A DNA stretch of 64,000 nt, from contig NC_059426.1 of the NCBI RefSeq assembly GCF_021028975.2, positions 70,246,001 through 70,310,000 of the forward strand. The letters are read 5' to 3'. The first letter of the stretch is position 1. Every line of letters starts with the position of its first letter. Below are positions 11,293 to 24,361 of the stretch, one piece after another. Source of the stretch: Sphaerodactylus townsendi. Lineage: Eukaryota. The position numbers were made by a program, and so were the translations under genes. The notes below the pieces were generated by a model. The model was not told the origin of the DNA. It searched no databases and saw only the letters and a list, made by a program, of their open reading frames with translations.

Positions 11293-12676
11293 TTTGTTTG
11301 AGTTTCTTGCCTTTGCCTCCAGATCAGTGACAGGTGAATCAACGAGAGGAAGGAACAGCAGGGAGAACTTCAAATAAATTGTTTTAGACAATGGTTTTCT
11401 TTGCCTCTTATTTGAAACCTGAAGAAAGAGAGCAAATATTTTTAAATACTTCAGTCTCATCGCTTAATTATTTTGTAACTGATACAGATCTTCAGAATGC
11501 TCCAATTTATTTTCCATTTTTTCTGATTTTCCAGTATGAAGCCCATCTTTAATTGTTAATATTTTATGTTTTTGTAATTTATTAGGTGTATGTGGCTCAT
11601 TGGCAATTAAGCAATAAGTGTAGCCTCAACAATGATCTATGTATTCTTCCAAATATCCTTGCCAGCAAAATTCAACATCCATATCTACTTCCAAAAAAAC
11701 TCTTGCTTCTACTCTGTCTCTGTCAATTCATTAATTATTAAAACAAAGTCAAGAAAATCAGCTTATTTAGTTTCCTTTTAATTTTAAGTATATGCTAACA
11801 GTAAAATAATATGATATTGCGGCCAGATGTGCAGAGGCTTCCTTGTAATAAATACAGACGCGGCTTGGATTGAAAATGGGCCGCAGCCCTTTATTATTAC
11901 TATAATTGTTATACTGAAGCTGGGCGATCAAGAGAAGCACATCTTATCTGCCAGTCAGCATCCCTGGCTGATCCCGACTTCAACCCCAATTCTATTGGGG
12001 AGGACAGAGGTACTGGGCCATGGGGCGCTCGCCCATTCTTCGTGGCTCCCACACTGCTGGGGTGTCGGGCTCACCTGCAGAGGCCTTTGCAGCATGCTCC
12101 CCGAGCCCGCCCCGCCCCACCCCACCCCAAGCCTCTTATGGAGACCCCCATAGGCAGGGAGGTCTGGCATGCAAGCTCGCCCCCCCAAAAGATGCGCTCC
12201 TCTGCTCAAACCACTACAGAGCTGACTTGGCAGCTCCTGCCACAGCTTCGCAGCAATCCAGCCGGTCCCACTGGGCTCACCGAACGGCCAGAACCCCCTA
12301 CCCCCGTGTTGCTCCAATCAGCGCGCACTGCATTGTTGGAAGGCCATGGCACTTCACGCACATGCTCGTGGGCGGGAACTTGCTTTTTTATAGTAGTTTA
12401 AAGTGTTCATAGAATTTTGCAGACATCACTTCAGTAGCCTTCAAACAACTGTGTAATGTAAACCAGTATTATTGTTGTCCAGATATCAGTTATGGGAGAA
12501 AGTTAAGGCTGCTTTAAGGACACTCAGTAAGTTCATGGGTAAGGCAAAAGTAGAATTTGGAGGCTTCTCACTTCCTCGTCTTAGCCACTGTAGGATGATG
12601 TCAGGGTTGTGTTCAGTTTGGTGCATTATCAGCAGCTTTGTTACATAGGGTTGGCATATGCCTTATTTATTTTAGA

Positions 12677-12830
12677 ACCAGAATGGTGTAGTGGTTAAAG
12701 CATTTGAGTAGGATCCATGTTCAAATCCACATTAAGCTGTGAAAGTTCAACTGTGATAGATGAACTTGAACCAGTCCTTTCTCTCTCTCATTGTAATCTC
12801 AAGGCTGTTATAACAATAAAATGAAAAAAA
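12677..12830 (+). mobile_element. Degenerate tRNA-derived SINE fragment
   Basis: tggtgtagtggttaa (A box) and gttcaaatcc (B box). Confidence 0.5.
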
Positions 12831-13565
12831 ACCCCTCTGTCCTGACTCTGTTACAACTAAACAGTGGATTGGATTCACAGATCCTTCCAGTAAGTAAGCC
12901 TTGATCCATTGGGGGTAGACTTTCTTGCCCAGCAGAAGGGAGTTATAAGATCCAACCATGATTCCAGAGTTGTGGAGACAGGGTAGCAGGCTATTTTATT
13001 CCCTTCTGTGTTTTAAGCAACCTATATTGTGGGAGCCTTAGTATTGAATGGTTTCATATGGATCAAGCCAAGGCATGTGGTTTGCGCTGGAGCACTGCTT
13101 ATGCATTGTTGGAGATAGAAAGAAATGTGGCTGGTTCACTGCTGTAACTACTCTCACTAGTAATGGAGTTTGTCAGCATTTTATATTCCATATCATTATG
13201 CTGTTCCTGTAAGTTTCTGTACCTTCACTGACTTCACCGGGGCATGTGGGGTGGGGGGGGGAGAGGGATAGCAATATTTTTGTTGTTTTCTGTCCGAATT
13301 ATAAGCTAAGTGACTGATCTGAACCACATTTAAAGTTTAAGGCTGAAGACAGATGAGATTATAGTTTTGTGAAAGAAAAGAATGAGACACATTTTTCTTT
13401 TTTTATGGGCTCTGGTCAGAAAGATTTTGCTTGGGTTATTTTTAAAGTATTTTAAACACATGTAAATCCCATTTGATTAAAGATGAACCATGTGTCTGTA
13501 CCAAATACAATGATCAATCTATCATATCACTTTCAAATCTGTTTGAATTGATTCTGATGCTAACA

Positions 13566-13568
13566 TAT

Positions 13569-13611
<43 letters not shown>

Positions 13612-13650
13612 TTTTATTAGACTTTTATACCGCCCCATCCCCGAAGGGGA
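13566..13650 (-). mobile_element. LINE 3' end (L2/CR1-clade-like) with (AAAT)n tail
   Basis: (ATTT)n followed by tataccgcccc.tccccgaaggg, the same terminus as at 38839 and 42279. Confidence 0.65.
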
Positions 13651-14588
13651 TGTGATTTTGCACCACTCATTATTATTATTTAAAAAATTTCATTGGACAT
13701 TCCACAGAAGATAAACTGAGTGACCATTCTTTCTAGTGTAGGGTTTCATTGTTTAACACACAGATTTACAGGGGAAAAACAAGTCTTACATATAAAAGTA
13801 GCTTCAGCGGTTAATTTCCCAGTATATAATATGACTATAATGTTCCTCGGAAGTATCTTTAAATTCTGGATTTGTGTGGTTTTTGGCTCTGGCTTCTCAT
13901 TAATAAGATGTAGGTCTTAGATACATGCTCACAGGTTCTCTATTCTAATTACTATTTTGCAGGATTGAGCCATGACATTAAAAAAATGGGCCATTAAAGA
14001 GACGATAAAGAGATGATAAAATTAAACTTGGACTATATCATATCAAACAGCAATACTTACCACAGTTATAAATATGATTGTTTTCTTGTTTCAAAGTATC
14101 TTACTCTGAAGAACATCTGTTGATAGAACAATATGCATGGTTGTCTTGCCAATAAATTGATCAATTGGACCATTATTGAAACCCATGAAATAGCAAGCCC
14201 ATTGTACTGAAATCTATTTATCCTCTAATGATCCCGATCATGACTTACCTGGGAGGCATTTAAGGAAGTATTCACTACCTGACTGCAAGAACGGCAGCTT
14301 TTGAAGATGATGCATTTATTATTGAGTCACTGGAGGTTAGCCCGTTGAGAAACTGAAGAAATAACAAGGGACAGTCATGGAAAAAACCAATTAAAATATG
14401 CAAGATGATATTGCAGTGGTGAAATATGTGAACCATTCCATTTGTGTTAATGAGTTCATCTTGAGTATTTTTTTATTTTTCTTTTGAATTTAAAATGGGT
14501 AATTGGAGGTTGGAAGCACAGTTAATGTGTTGCTTTATATCATTACACTTAACATTTTGCTTTTGTATCATCACTGGTGCTGGAATAT

Positions 14589-14850
14589 AGAAGAAGAAGA
14601 AGAAGAAGAAGAAGAAGAAGAAGAAGAAGAAGAAGAGTTTGGATTTATATCCCCCCTTTCTCTCCTGTAGGAGACTCAAAGGGGCTTACAATCTCCTTGC
14701 CCTTCCCCCCTCACAACAAACACCCTGTGAGGCGGGTGGGGCTGAGAGAGCTCCGTAGAGCTGTGACTAGCCCAAGGTCACCCAGCTGGCGTGTGTGAGA
14801 GTGTACAGGCTAATCTGAATTCCCCAAATAAGCCTCCACAACTCAAGTCA
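14589..14850 (-). mobile_element. Squam3-like SINE with (GAA)n microsatellite tail (14589-14636)
   Basis: Reverse complement of the copy at 16093 (tttggatttatatccc...caccctgtgagg.gggtggggctgagag). Confidence 0.8.
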
Positions 14851-16092
14851 AAGATATATAGATGGATGTTTTCTTGATTATGAGAAACTCCCTGATTTTT
14901 CCATTCATTTCTTTAAAGTTTCAATCTTGTTCAATATCTTGTTTAAAATTTTGCTTAATATCAAAGCTGCCAATTTTTAGCTGGTTGTTGGCCTTTCAAT
15001 ATGAACCTCACCCAGATGTATCAGTGTAATATTCATGTGGATCCCAGAAGGGCTGCCTTCTGAATCTGACTGAAATTGATTTTGTCCATTTGAAGATGCT
15101 TCAAGTTCCACTCTAGTGTTTTCTGTAGATGCAGAGCTTCAGTGGGGCCACCTGGGGACAAATGCCCTGGGTGGGCCATTGTTCGGTCACGTGGGGGTGG
15201 AAAACTGCCCCCCACACCTCACCTCTTTCCCCCCTTGACCTGGCCCGGCCCTGCCAGACTGCTTTTTCAGCCGGTGGAGCCTCTGCTGAACGAGCAGCCT
15301 GGCGAGGCTGTCACCCAGTGCTCCTCGGCCTGTCCCCTTGGGCCCGCCCCACCAGGCTGCCCAGGCCTGCCACTGCCTAAGGTAAGTGGGTCATGGTGGT
15401 GTGGCCCAGGCCCACAGGGGCCAGGCAGAAGCCTTCCTGAGCCCCCTGCCACCCCCAAAGTCTGATTTCCCATACTTTTCTGACTATTTATGATGATGAT
15501 GAGCTGATGCAGTCCTGTGCTGGTGTGGGTGCCCACCCCACCAGCACAAGGAGCAAATGTACCAGTGAAGGGTCAGTCTATCCAGGTGACTGGGCACTGT
15601 GGGTCTGTGGTGCCTGACCCAAAATCTACTACTTATCCCCATGCCTGTCAGTGCAAAACACTGCACTGGCATGGCTGGGGAGTTGGTGGGGGAGTTCCCA
15701 AGGGTGGAGCTGACATTGGTCAACTTCCACCCTGGATTTGGTGCCCTGCACTTACATAGGGTTCCATTGGGGGAGTTCTGGTGGTGGGAAGGGTTCTTGA
15801 CTTTCCCCCCTCTTGCACTGCCAGAAAGATCTTTGGAACTGGTACGGGACCACCTCCAGCACTCCAGCCCCATCTGTGCAGTCCCTCTGGATTGCATTGT
15901 CAATATCCTGATCTTTCCGCTGGAACAGGCTCGGAGCAGCTAACAATATAAATAAAGTACAACTGATTTTAAATATCATAAAATGCATGTTATAAAATCA
16001 TATAAAGGTAGCACTAAAAACAAATCAAGGGTAGGCTAATACCCCCCCCACCCGATTTAAAGATGGACAAAGAGGAGCAGCAAAAGAGAAGG

Positions 16093-16430
16093 AAGCCAGT
16101 GTGGTGTAGTGATTAAGAGCAGGTAGATTCTAATCTGGAGAACCGGGTTTGAGTCCCCATTCCTCCACCTGAGTGGCAGAGGCTTATCTGGTGAACCAGA
16201 TGTATTTCCACACTCCTTTATTCCTGCTGGGTGACCTTGGGCTAGTCACAGTACTTCAGAACCCTCTCAGCCCCACCTACTTCACAAGGTGTTGGGGGAG
16301 AGGAAGGGAAGGTGTTGTGGGGAGAGGAAGGGAAAGGAGCTTGTAAGCCACCTTGAGCCTCTTTACAGGAGAGAAAGGTGGGATATAAATCCAAACTCTT
16401 CCTCCTCTTTCACCTCCTCCTCCTCTTCTT
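16093..16430 (+). mobile_element. Near full-length tRNA-derived SINE (Squam3-like)
   Basis: A box gtggtgtagtg, B box ggtttgagtcc, 3' ataaatccaaactc and (TCC/TTC)n tail. Confidence 0.8.
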
Positions 16431-17128
16431 CTCTACATCTCTACTTTGTTGCTGTCTATAACTATAGGCCTGATGGAACAGCTCTGTCTTACAGGCCCTG
16501 CAGAATTGGGATAATTGCTGCAGGGCTCTGGTCTCATTTCTTCTTACACTCTGAGAATTCACAGATTCTTACCATTGTTAAATAGAAGAAGGTTGTGTTT
16601 TAAGACAGAGATGGCTTATATTTTAGCTTTCAATGTCTGCATATTTAATTTGATTTTATAGAACTATTGCAGTAATGGAAATTTACTCAAACAGGTTGAT
16701 CCTTACCTATACAATAGCTAGCAGGCATTTTCCATAAGGGGATTCCATTCAGTCCAATTTTCTTTGATACATTGAATTTTTCCTCTGAGATGAAAATATA
16801 TAAAATGAGAACGCTGGCTCTCTATTAACAATCATTTCATGAAGAAAGTTTTCAAAAATAATTTTATTTTTTGTTATTTTACATTAATAAAATGTTTTCA
16901 CCATTCTTCTTGAGATATGTTGCTTTCCTCTCATTGTTACATTACCTAATTTTCATGAAGGACTATTCTTATGAATGTGTAGACATGAGGAACAACTTCG
17001 TCTACATTGTAATGGTCACTGATCACCAAAATAGGAAACAATGTAACAGCAGCAGCAACAACAAAATTTACATCCAGTCTAAAGCTTTACACGCTACTTA
17101 TTCTAAAACTTGTTCAGTGTGTTGGTTG

Positions 17129-18061
17129 TTAAAAGTGGGTTTTATCCACCAGTCTCCTGAAGGCACCTTTCACTTCCTTGTTCCTCAGGCTGTAGATTAT
17201 AGGATTCAGCATGGGAATCACCATTGTGTAGAATATTGATGCAATTTTGTCCGTATCTAATGAGTGGGTACCATTAGGCTGGCAATACATGAAGAGAATA
17301 GTAGCATGGAATATGGAGATGGCTGTGAAGTGGGAGGCACAGGTAGAGAAGGCTTTGTATTTCCCTTTGTTGGACTGGATCTTCAATACTGATGTAATAA
17401 TGAACAAGTAAGACATGAGGATTATTATTATGGTGCTGGTTTCCACAAATGTAGCAAAAATGAAAAGAAGCACTTTATTGGTGTGGTTATCAGAGCAGGA
17501 GAGATCCAGTACTGGGGAAATGTCACAAAAGAAGTGATTGATGGCATTTGGCCCACAGAAATCTAACCTAAAAGCAGAACAAGTATGCACAAGGGCACAA
17601 ACAATGCCACCGATATATGAACCAGCTACAAGTTGGATGCACAGCTTTCTAGACATAACAGCTGTATACAACAAGGGATTACAAATAGCCACATAGCGGT
17701 CATATGCCATCACAGCCAAGATAAAAGATTCAGTTACAACAAACATAACAAATAGGTACATCTGAACTGCACACTCAGCAAGAGAAATTTCTTTCATCGT
17801 AGATACAGAGTCGATGAGAAATCTGGGTGTGATGGATGAGGAATAGCAAATGTCAACAAAGGACAAATGACTGAGGAAAAAGTACATTGGACAATGGAGA
17901 TGGGATTCTACCCTGATTAATATAATTATGCCAATATTCCCTATTAAAGTGACAAGATATATCAGAAGAAACACCAGGAATAGGATAATATGAAGCTCTG
18001 GATTTTCCGTGAAGCCCAGAAGGATGAACATTGTCACAGAAGTATGATTTTTTTCTTTCAT
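17129..18061 (-). CDS. Olfactory receptor, class II, family 5-like (310 aa)
   Basis: ATG at 18061 (MKEKNHTS); [45 protein letters not shown]. Confidence 0.96.
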   Translation of the reverse strand: MKEKNHTSVTMFILLGFTENPELHIILFLVFLLIYLVTLIGNIGIIILIRVESHLHCPMYFFLSHLSFVDICYSSSITPRFLIDSVSTMKEISLAECAVQMYLFVMFVVTESFILAVMAYDRYVAICNPLLYTAVMSRKLCIQLVAGSYIGGIVCALVHTCSAFRLDFCGPNAINHFFCDISPVLDLSCSDNHTNKVLLFIFATFVETSTIIIILMSYLFIITSVLKIQSNKGKYKAFSTCASHFTAISIFHATILFMYCQPNGTHSLDTDKIASIFYTMVIPMLNPIIYSLRNKEVKGAFRRLVDKTHF

Positions 18062-19138
18062 TCCTGTAGGAACTGGTGTGTGTTGCAAAGAACTGGAAAA
18101 GGTAATGCCAAATAAAACAAGGGTGTCTCAAAATCCTACTGCTGAATTATTAGTATTAGTAGTACTAGACTTTTTTCTTTTCAAAAAAAGGTGTCATGGT
18201 TAAAAAGAAAACCCTTCAACTTAAATGTTCATGCCTTCAAGAGATCATTGGTCTTCAAAGGGTGGTTTTGGTTTGAATACATTTCCTTCCTGGAAAACAA
18301 TAACTGATAATACGTAACATTAGTTATTTTTTTCTGTTGTTCCCAAATTGATCACATATTAAAAGAGAAATACATATAAGTGTTTGATGAAACAGAAAAA
18401 ATGTAACAAGATGGATTCCCAGCATTACAATTCTGCTTTTTGTCATATCTGCCTATTTCTGCTGGTTCCATATTATTCTTCATTTGAGCAGAATCATAGT
18501 ATTCAATTCCTTCCCAGAAAAATTAGCCTTTCTAGGTTTGTGGCAGGAATGATAAAGAGAAATCTCTACGGAGCACATGTCCCTTAAATGCAGCTTCACA
18601 TCCACTGTTTGGTACAGTGACATTCACAGAGTAAATCCTGTGAAGACACATGAAGAGCACTGGTCTTTTATCTTTGTATGGGCACCCTAGCACCTGCAGT
18701 ATTATTGATTAGATGAAAAAAACCCACATGCAAATATGCGGACTTCTAAGAAGCAAATGATGCGTTTGTATTTGTATGAAAAGGCTTCTGAAGGGGTGCC
18801 TGTGGAAGTTCTGGTAAGATGGATGTTTGTGCTTTCTGGTTCTAACTGCAATTCTGTTTCTGTTCCTACCTGGCTGAATCTTTCCCAGGAAGTTGCCAAA
18901 CCGAAGACACACATTACAACGAAGCCAATGATGAAAGAGAGACTGCTGTCACTTGATCTCAAGGCAACTGTACAAAGTTTGTATAGCAGAGCTCTTTTTT
19001 TATTTGCTTCTAAGACCTTTGGGATCCAATTTGTGAAGCACTTTGAAAATTTCCTGTCTTGGGATCCGTGAAAAATGTCAGAATCCAATAGACACCTTCC
19101 CTGAGGCATGATTATAATACATATACATTATTTTACAT

Positions 19139-19283
19139 CCGTGGTGGCGAACCTTGGCACTCTACATGTTATGGACTACAATTCCCATCAGCCCCTGCCA
19201 GCATGGCCAATTGGCCATGCTGGCAGGGGCTGATGGGAATTGTAGTCCATAACTTCTGGAGTGCCAAAGGTTCGCAACCACTG
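19139..19283. mobile_element. Palindromic hAT (Charlie-like) MITE, 145 bp
   Basis: 8-bp TSD TTTTACAT; TIR C(C/A)GTGGT(G/T)GCGAACC; the whole element folds back on itself. Confidence 0.9.
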
Positions 19284-19616
19284 TTTTACATATTTAATAC
19301 TATATATGGTATTATATATTTACTATTATATATTTTCTATTTCATATACTATGAATACTATTATATATGTAATATTATATATACTATTTTTAAATAAGTA
19401 AATAATATGATCACTTCAGAGCTGAGTAAGGTGACTTAGTTATCGATGGAGAAATACTTTTTTATAATAGCACAGACTTATTGGTTTCAAGTAGGAAATA
19501 AGATTCCAAACTGCATACAAGGAAAGAGGGCTGAAATCTTGTTTCTGATGGATGAGCCAGGCATCCATAGAATCAACATGCCATTTTTTTTCCAGTTTGG
19601 CCATTAGACCTTTATG

Positions 19617-20815
19617 CAGAGGTGTACGTAGGCAAACTGGAGCGCTGGGAAAAACCTGAGTTTGATGCCCCCCATTGGCGGCCACCCTCCCCCACCGTGA
19701 CCAAACAATGTTTTTTTCCACTAGGTTGTTTCAAAGTCACCATCACATTATAGAACATCCCCCAACTTACAAATCTGAACACAGCAATGGGCCATGCTAC
19801 ACAGCAGAAATAATTTTTGGAAAACATTTTCAAAATGCTTTCAAAATGTTTTATTAATGCTATGAAAACATTTTATGGTGTTGTATCCAGTCCCCCCAAT
19901 TGGGGGAAACAGCATCACTTTCAATGTTATTTAAACTGGGGACCCCAGATTCTCCCTTTAAGGTGGATTTAAAAGGATAATCTGGGCTCCCTCGTTTAAA
20001 CAAGTGATGCTGGAATTCACCCCCAAACAGCATCATTTTCAATGGTGTTTAAACTAGGGAGCCCAGATTCTCCTTTTAAATCCACCTTAAAGGGAGAATC
20101 TGGGGTCCCCAGTTTAAGCAACATTGAAAGTGCTGCTATTTTGGGGCGGATTCTTCCCCAACCTGAAACAGCATCCCTTTCAATGTTAAAACTGGGGACC
20201 TCAGATTCTCCCTTTAAATCCATGCCGAAGGGGGTGGATTTAACAACCACCACCACCACCACCACCACCACCACCTTTATTAGGAATTGAGAGAATAAAA
20301 GAAAGAAAGAAAACAAGCCTTGGCAGGAAGGGAGTGGATTTAAAAAGAGAATCTGGGGAAATTTAGGAGGTGCCTGTTGTCACGGGTGCAATTATTAAGA
20401 TAGCAGCACCAAAATTTCAGAATATCTTCATGGGTCCCTACTGATGATACCACCCAGGTTTGGTGAAGTTTGGTTCAGGGGGTCCAAAGTTATGGACCCT
20501 CAAAGGTGTAGACCCCATCTCCTATTAGCTCCCACTGGAAACAATGGGGGATGGGGGCACTCCCTTTGGGAGTCCATAACTTTGGACTCCCTAAACCAAA
20601 CCTCACCAAACCTGGGTTATATCATCAAAAGAGTCTCCCCAAAAACCCTGAAATTTTGGTGCTGTTAGCCTAAAATCTGTGCCCCCTGCAGGCCAAAAAC
20701 GGAAAAAACACTGAAAATACAAAATCCCCCACAAATGAACCTGCAATTTTGTCGCCCACCACAAGGTGGCACCCTGGGCAGCTGCCCACTTTGCCCAATG
20801 GGAGGACCATCTCTG
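19617..20815. mobile_element. Non-autonomous hAT-like element, CAG-type TIR (1199 bp)
   Basis: 8-bp TSD CCTTTATG (19609-19616, 20816-20823); termini CAGAG...CTCTG; both ends homologous to 7107-7881. Confidence 0.88.
20244..20326 (-). mobile_element. Very short 5'-truncated non-LTR retro-insertion with (GGT)n tail, nested in the hAT element
   Basis: 17-bp direct repeat GAAGGG(G/A)GTGGATTTAA at 20227 and 20327; AATAAA precedes the tail on the minus strand. Confidence 0.7.
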
Positions 20816-20856
20816 CCTTTATGCTTGATATTTTAATTTGCTTGATATTTTAATTC

Positions 20857-21016
20857 ACACAAATAGAACTTTACAGCTCATATAATGTTCTCTATTCTGG
20901 AGTCTCCTGGTAATATTTCAAAATTGCTTGCAGAGGAGCTGAAAGGCAGTTGTGAAATATTACCAGGACACTCCAGAATCGAGAACTCTGTATCAGCTAT
21001 AGAATTCTATTTGTGT
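20857..21016. repeat. Imperfect inverted repeat, ~70-bp arms
   Basis: acacaaatagaa...ttctggagtctcctggtaatatttca pairs with tgaaatattaccaggacactccagaa...ttctatttgtgt. Confidence 0.85.
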
Positions 21017-21316
21017 ATTTCCAGATTCTCCTTATTTAATTGATTTCTTCACAACAACTTCAGGATAGATATTGAGTTAAACTTTAATTTATTTATTATA
21101 TAGGTAACCAGACAATTGAGGACACACAAGATCTAACCACACCAGTGGTTGATTAGCCTGAAAGTTGGTGACACTGGTCACTTATTATTTGAATGCATTA
21201 CATTTTGAGCCAGTCAGTCATTGTTATTGTGATGCAGAGAGTCTGTATATTTTGTTATTTAGCAACAGAGAACCTGTATATTTTGTTGAAATACCTGATT
21301 TGTAGTTTTTGGAACA

Positions 21317-21910
21317 GGGCCCATTTCCCCACTGAGAAATTAAAGCCGGATACAACCAGGTTTCAAAAAAACCAGCACCTTTTCATCGCGGTTTCTCCCT
21401 CCCTTCTGCAGCATGTGTCTAGTGAAGACCTCAGTGTCTATCGCGGATTCAAGCAATGTAACACTCCCCATGAGTATGCAATCTGCTCAGCGGGTCTGTT
21501 CTTTCTCGTTCTGATTGGCTGTTGTGTTGTGTTGGAGCGGGAACTTTTTTAAAAAACTTTTTTTCATGCAGCTACGTCACTGCGTAAATGCATAGGCAGA
21601 ATTTCCCCACCTTCTGATTGGCTAGTGCTGGAGCGGGACACTTCTCAGCCCCAATTGAAAATTTATGTTGTTATTCTTCCCGTTTTTACGTCCGAACATA
21701 ACCACGCATAAACATCAAAATCATTATACCATAGCTTCCTATTTACGTTCCTTCATATCCACGCCCAGCATGGCAAAAAAAAAAAGACTGTGCGCTCTGC
21801 ACACAGCCCACTACACTCTGATTGGCTGGAAGGTTCGAAGAGCGGGAAGAATAAGCTGCGTCTGTCCCCTGTTTCTTCCCTCCCAAAGCACTACCTTCCC
21901 GGACTGTCAT
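21317..21910. mobile_element. Probable DNA transposon remnant (Harbinger-like terminus), CpG-rich
   Basis: Starts GGGCCCATTTCCCCACT; three ctgattggct repeats; no matching right TIR found. Confidence 0.35.
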
Positions 21911-22066
21911 TAGCAGCTAGGAAAGCCAGGGGCAGCAGTTGCTGAAAGAAGAATCTCAATCATCGAGACATTTCTTAGTCATAACAGTAAAAAAAAACAA
22001 CCTTGCACAGTGGAGTAAAGGACAGACAAAGTTCAGTTTTCAAATAATGAATTAACTGTAAGACAA

Positions 22067-22599
22067 AGTCAGGAGTTTCCCCCTTTCTAACAAATATGTC
22101 CCATCTCAGCCTTGTTCTTGATGTGATATACAAATTATTGGTTTTTATTCACCTGTATTGTATAGGATCACCAAATTCTACCCAGTATCTAGGAGGCCAC
22201 AATAGTACTTGAACAGAGAGGCCGCTAGTCCTGTACCATTAAGTTCAGGGCATAGTTAGACTTCGATCCTCCCATGCTAAGTTGCATATCGAGTCACCAG
22301 TGCTCTCCAGCAGTTCCAGTCTTGGACAAGTGTTTCAACCTCTTCCCATGCAATATTCAGTGATTTCAGGTCTTGCTTGAATGTTCTCTTCCAGGTGTTT
22401 TGGGGGTCTCCTTGTGGTCATTTGGCTTCAGGAGGTATCCACCTCATTGCTGTCTTTGGGATCTGACCGTTCTCCATGCGAAGTGGCATAAACAAAGTCA
22501 AATTTCACTCTTCACTATTTATTGTGCAATGTACTTCAAAGTTATGAGCAGCTGACTTTCTGATCCCTAGCAGTTATTTGGTTTTACCTTTGATGCATA
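22067..22599 (-). mobile_element. Probable retro-insertion (RTE-like remnant) between 18-bp direct repeats
   Basis: GAATTAACTGTAAGACAA at 22049-22066 and 22600-22617. Confidence 0.5.
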
Positions 22600-23407
22600 G
22601 AATTAACTGTAAGACAAGACTGCCTGTCTCCAGTTTTAATATGCCTGCTCTCTTCCATTAGTACACTACTTTCTCCTTTTGCTTCCTTATTAGATCTAGT
22701 ATAACTTACTATTTACATTTTAAATCTCTCAGTTTTTCTGGCTCACCCATCTTGTCTATTAATTTCACTTTTTTATTATTTTCCTCTTATCATCTTTGCC
22801 CTGCCAATATTTTATGTGCCAATCCAGAGAAGAAAGGTGGTCAGTGGCTGTGCTTTTCCAGTGACCCATGGTGCAGCTGGATGGACAGTGGGGCTAGCTA
22901 ATTTCCATTGTGTCACCCTAAGGTGATTTAATAAATTCTCTGAGCCAACTATTTTAAAATCTAACTTGCAGCCATCACAGCTAGTATTCACGAGAATAGC
23001 CCAGGCATTCTCTTGCACCCTGGTGACTCTTCAAGCCTCCCCTATCTTTGAATGAACCCCCCAAATACAATCACTTCTTTATCTTAGGCTTTCCTGCCAG
23101 CTTACCTCATACTGCCTCAAGACCCATTTTTGAGTACAAATATTGGTTCTTTAGCCAGACCACAGCCATACAGCCTGGAAAAACCACAACATTCCATTGA
23201 TTCTGGCCTTGAAAGCCTTTGACAGTACATTGTTCATAAATGTTGACTATTAGTTATGAGCTACAGGTATAAAAAGCCGAAAGGTAGTAAGAAGTAAATT
23301 CCTGGATGTAAATTCCTAATATTTTGACTGAATTAGTATTTTGATGGATGCATCCTAATTTCCTTTTTTATAGTTATTTAATCCTCCTAAAAATTGTCAG
23401 GTACTAA

Positions 23408-24361
23408 TCAGTTTTGGACCCACAGCTTCCTCTGAGTTGCACTCCAGGCATCCTTCACCTCCTTGTTTCTCAGACTATAAATCAGTGGGTTCAACAATGG
23501 GATTACAATTGTGTAAAATACTGCTAGAATTTTGTCACTCACGTCTTGGATGGAAGATCCATTGCTAGACTTGGGTCGGAAATGCAAAATGAGAATTGAC
23601 CCATGGAAGATGGTGACAGCAGTCAGGTGAGAGGTGCATGTAGAGAAGACTTTGAGCCTTCCTGCGGCTGAGCTGATCTTCACAATGTTGGCCAAAATAT
23701 ACGCATATGAAATGAAGACACTCAAAACAGTGATTGTTTCCACTGAGCCAGCAACACAAAAAATCAGTAATTCATTGAGATAGGTATCAGAACAGGAGAG
23801 TAATAGAAGTGCACTAATATCACAGTATAAATGACTGATCTTATTAGATCCACAGAAGGACAGTCTGAAGGTAAAGACTGTTTGAACAAGAGAATGCAAA
23901 AGTCCAAGTACATATGACCCAATCACCAAAAGAATACAAATTCGAGGGGACATGATGCTTGGGTACAGCAGTGGTTTACAAATAGCCACATATCGATCAT
24001 ATGCCATGGCAGCAAGTAGAAAGCACTCTGTGCTCCCCAAACCTATTACGAAGTACATTTGCATAGCACATCCAATCAGAGATATTGATTTTTTCTCTAT
24101 CAGAAGGTTCACTAATGTCTTAGATGTAACTGTAGATGAGAAGCACACATCCAGAAAAGAAAGGTTACTGAGAAAGAAGTACATTGGTGTGTGAAGTCGG
24201 GGACTAGATCTTATTAAGGCAATAATTCCCAGATTTCCAACCAAGGTGGCTGTATAAATAAGCAGGAACAGTAGGAAGAGAATGGTCTGCAGCTTGGGGT
24301 TGCTTGTTAAATCTACAAATACAAATGTGTTGACCACTGTGGTAATGTTTTCTTCAGACAT
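23408..24361 (-). CDS. Olfactory receptor, class II, family 5/8-like (317 aa); paralog of 40593-41543
   Basis: ATG at 24361 (MSEENITT) follows a splice acceptor; [38 protein letters not shown]. Confidence 0.94.
   Translation of the reverse strand: MSEENITTVVNTFVFVDLTSNPKLQTILFLLFLLIYTATLVGNLGIIALIRSSPRLHTPMYFFLSNLSFLDVCFSSTVTSKTLVNLLIEKKSISLIGCAMQMYFVIGLGSTECFLLAAMAYDRYVAICKPLLYPSIMSPRICILLVIGSYVLGLLHSLVQTVFTFRLSFCGSNKISHLYCDISALLLLSCSDTYLNELLIFCVAGSVETITVLSVFISYAYILANIVKISSAAGRLKVFSTCTSHLTAVTIFHGSILILHFRPKSSNGSSIQDVSDKILAVFYTIVIPLLNPLIYSLRNKEVKDAWSATQRKLWVQN

Noticed and set aside
11293-11460. Long N-terminal extensions on OR ORFs (also 24362-24427 and 41544-41600)
   Set aside because: They run through polypyrimidine/AG acceptor sequence; the downstream ATG gives canonical length with the N-glycosylation site near the start.
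14473-14798. Poly-Phe and poly-Arg ORFs (also poly-Val/Thr at 20017-20316 and poly-Tyr at 42119-42349)
   Set aside because: These are translations of microsatellite tails.
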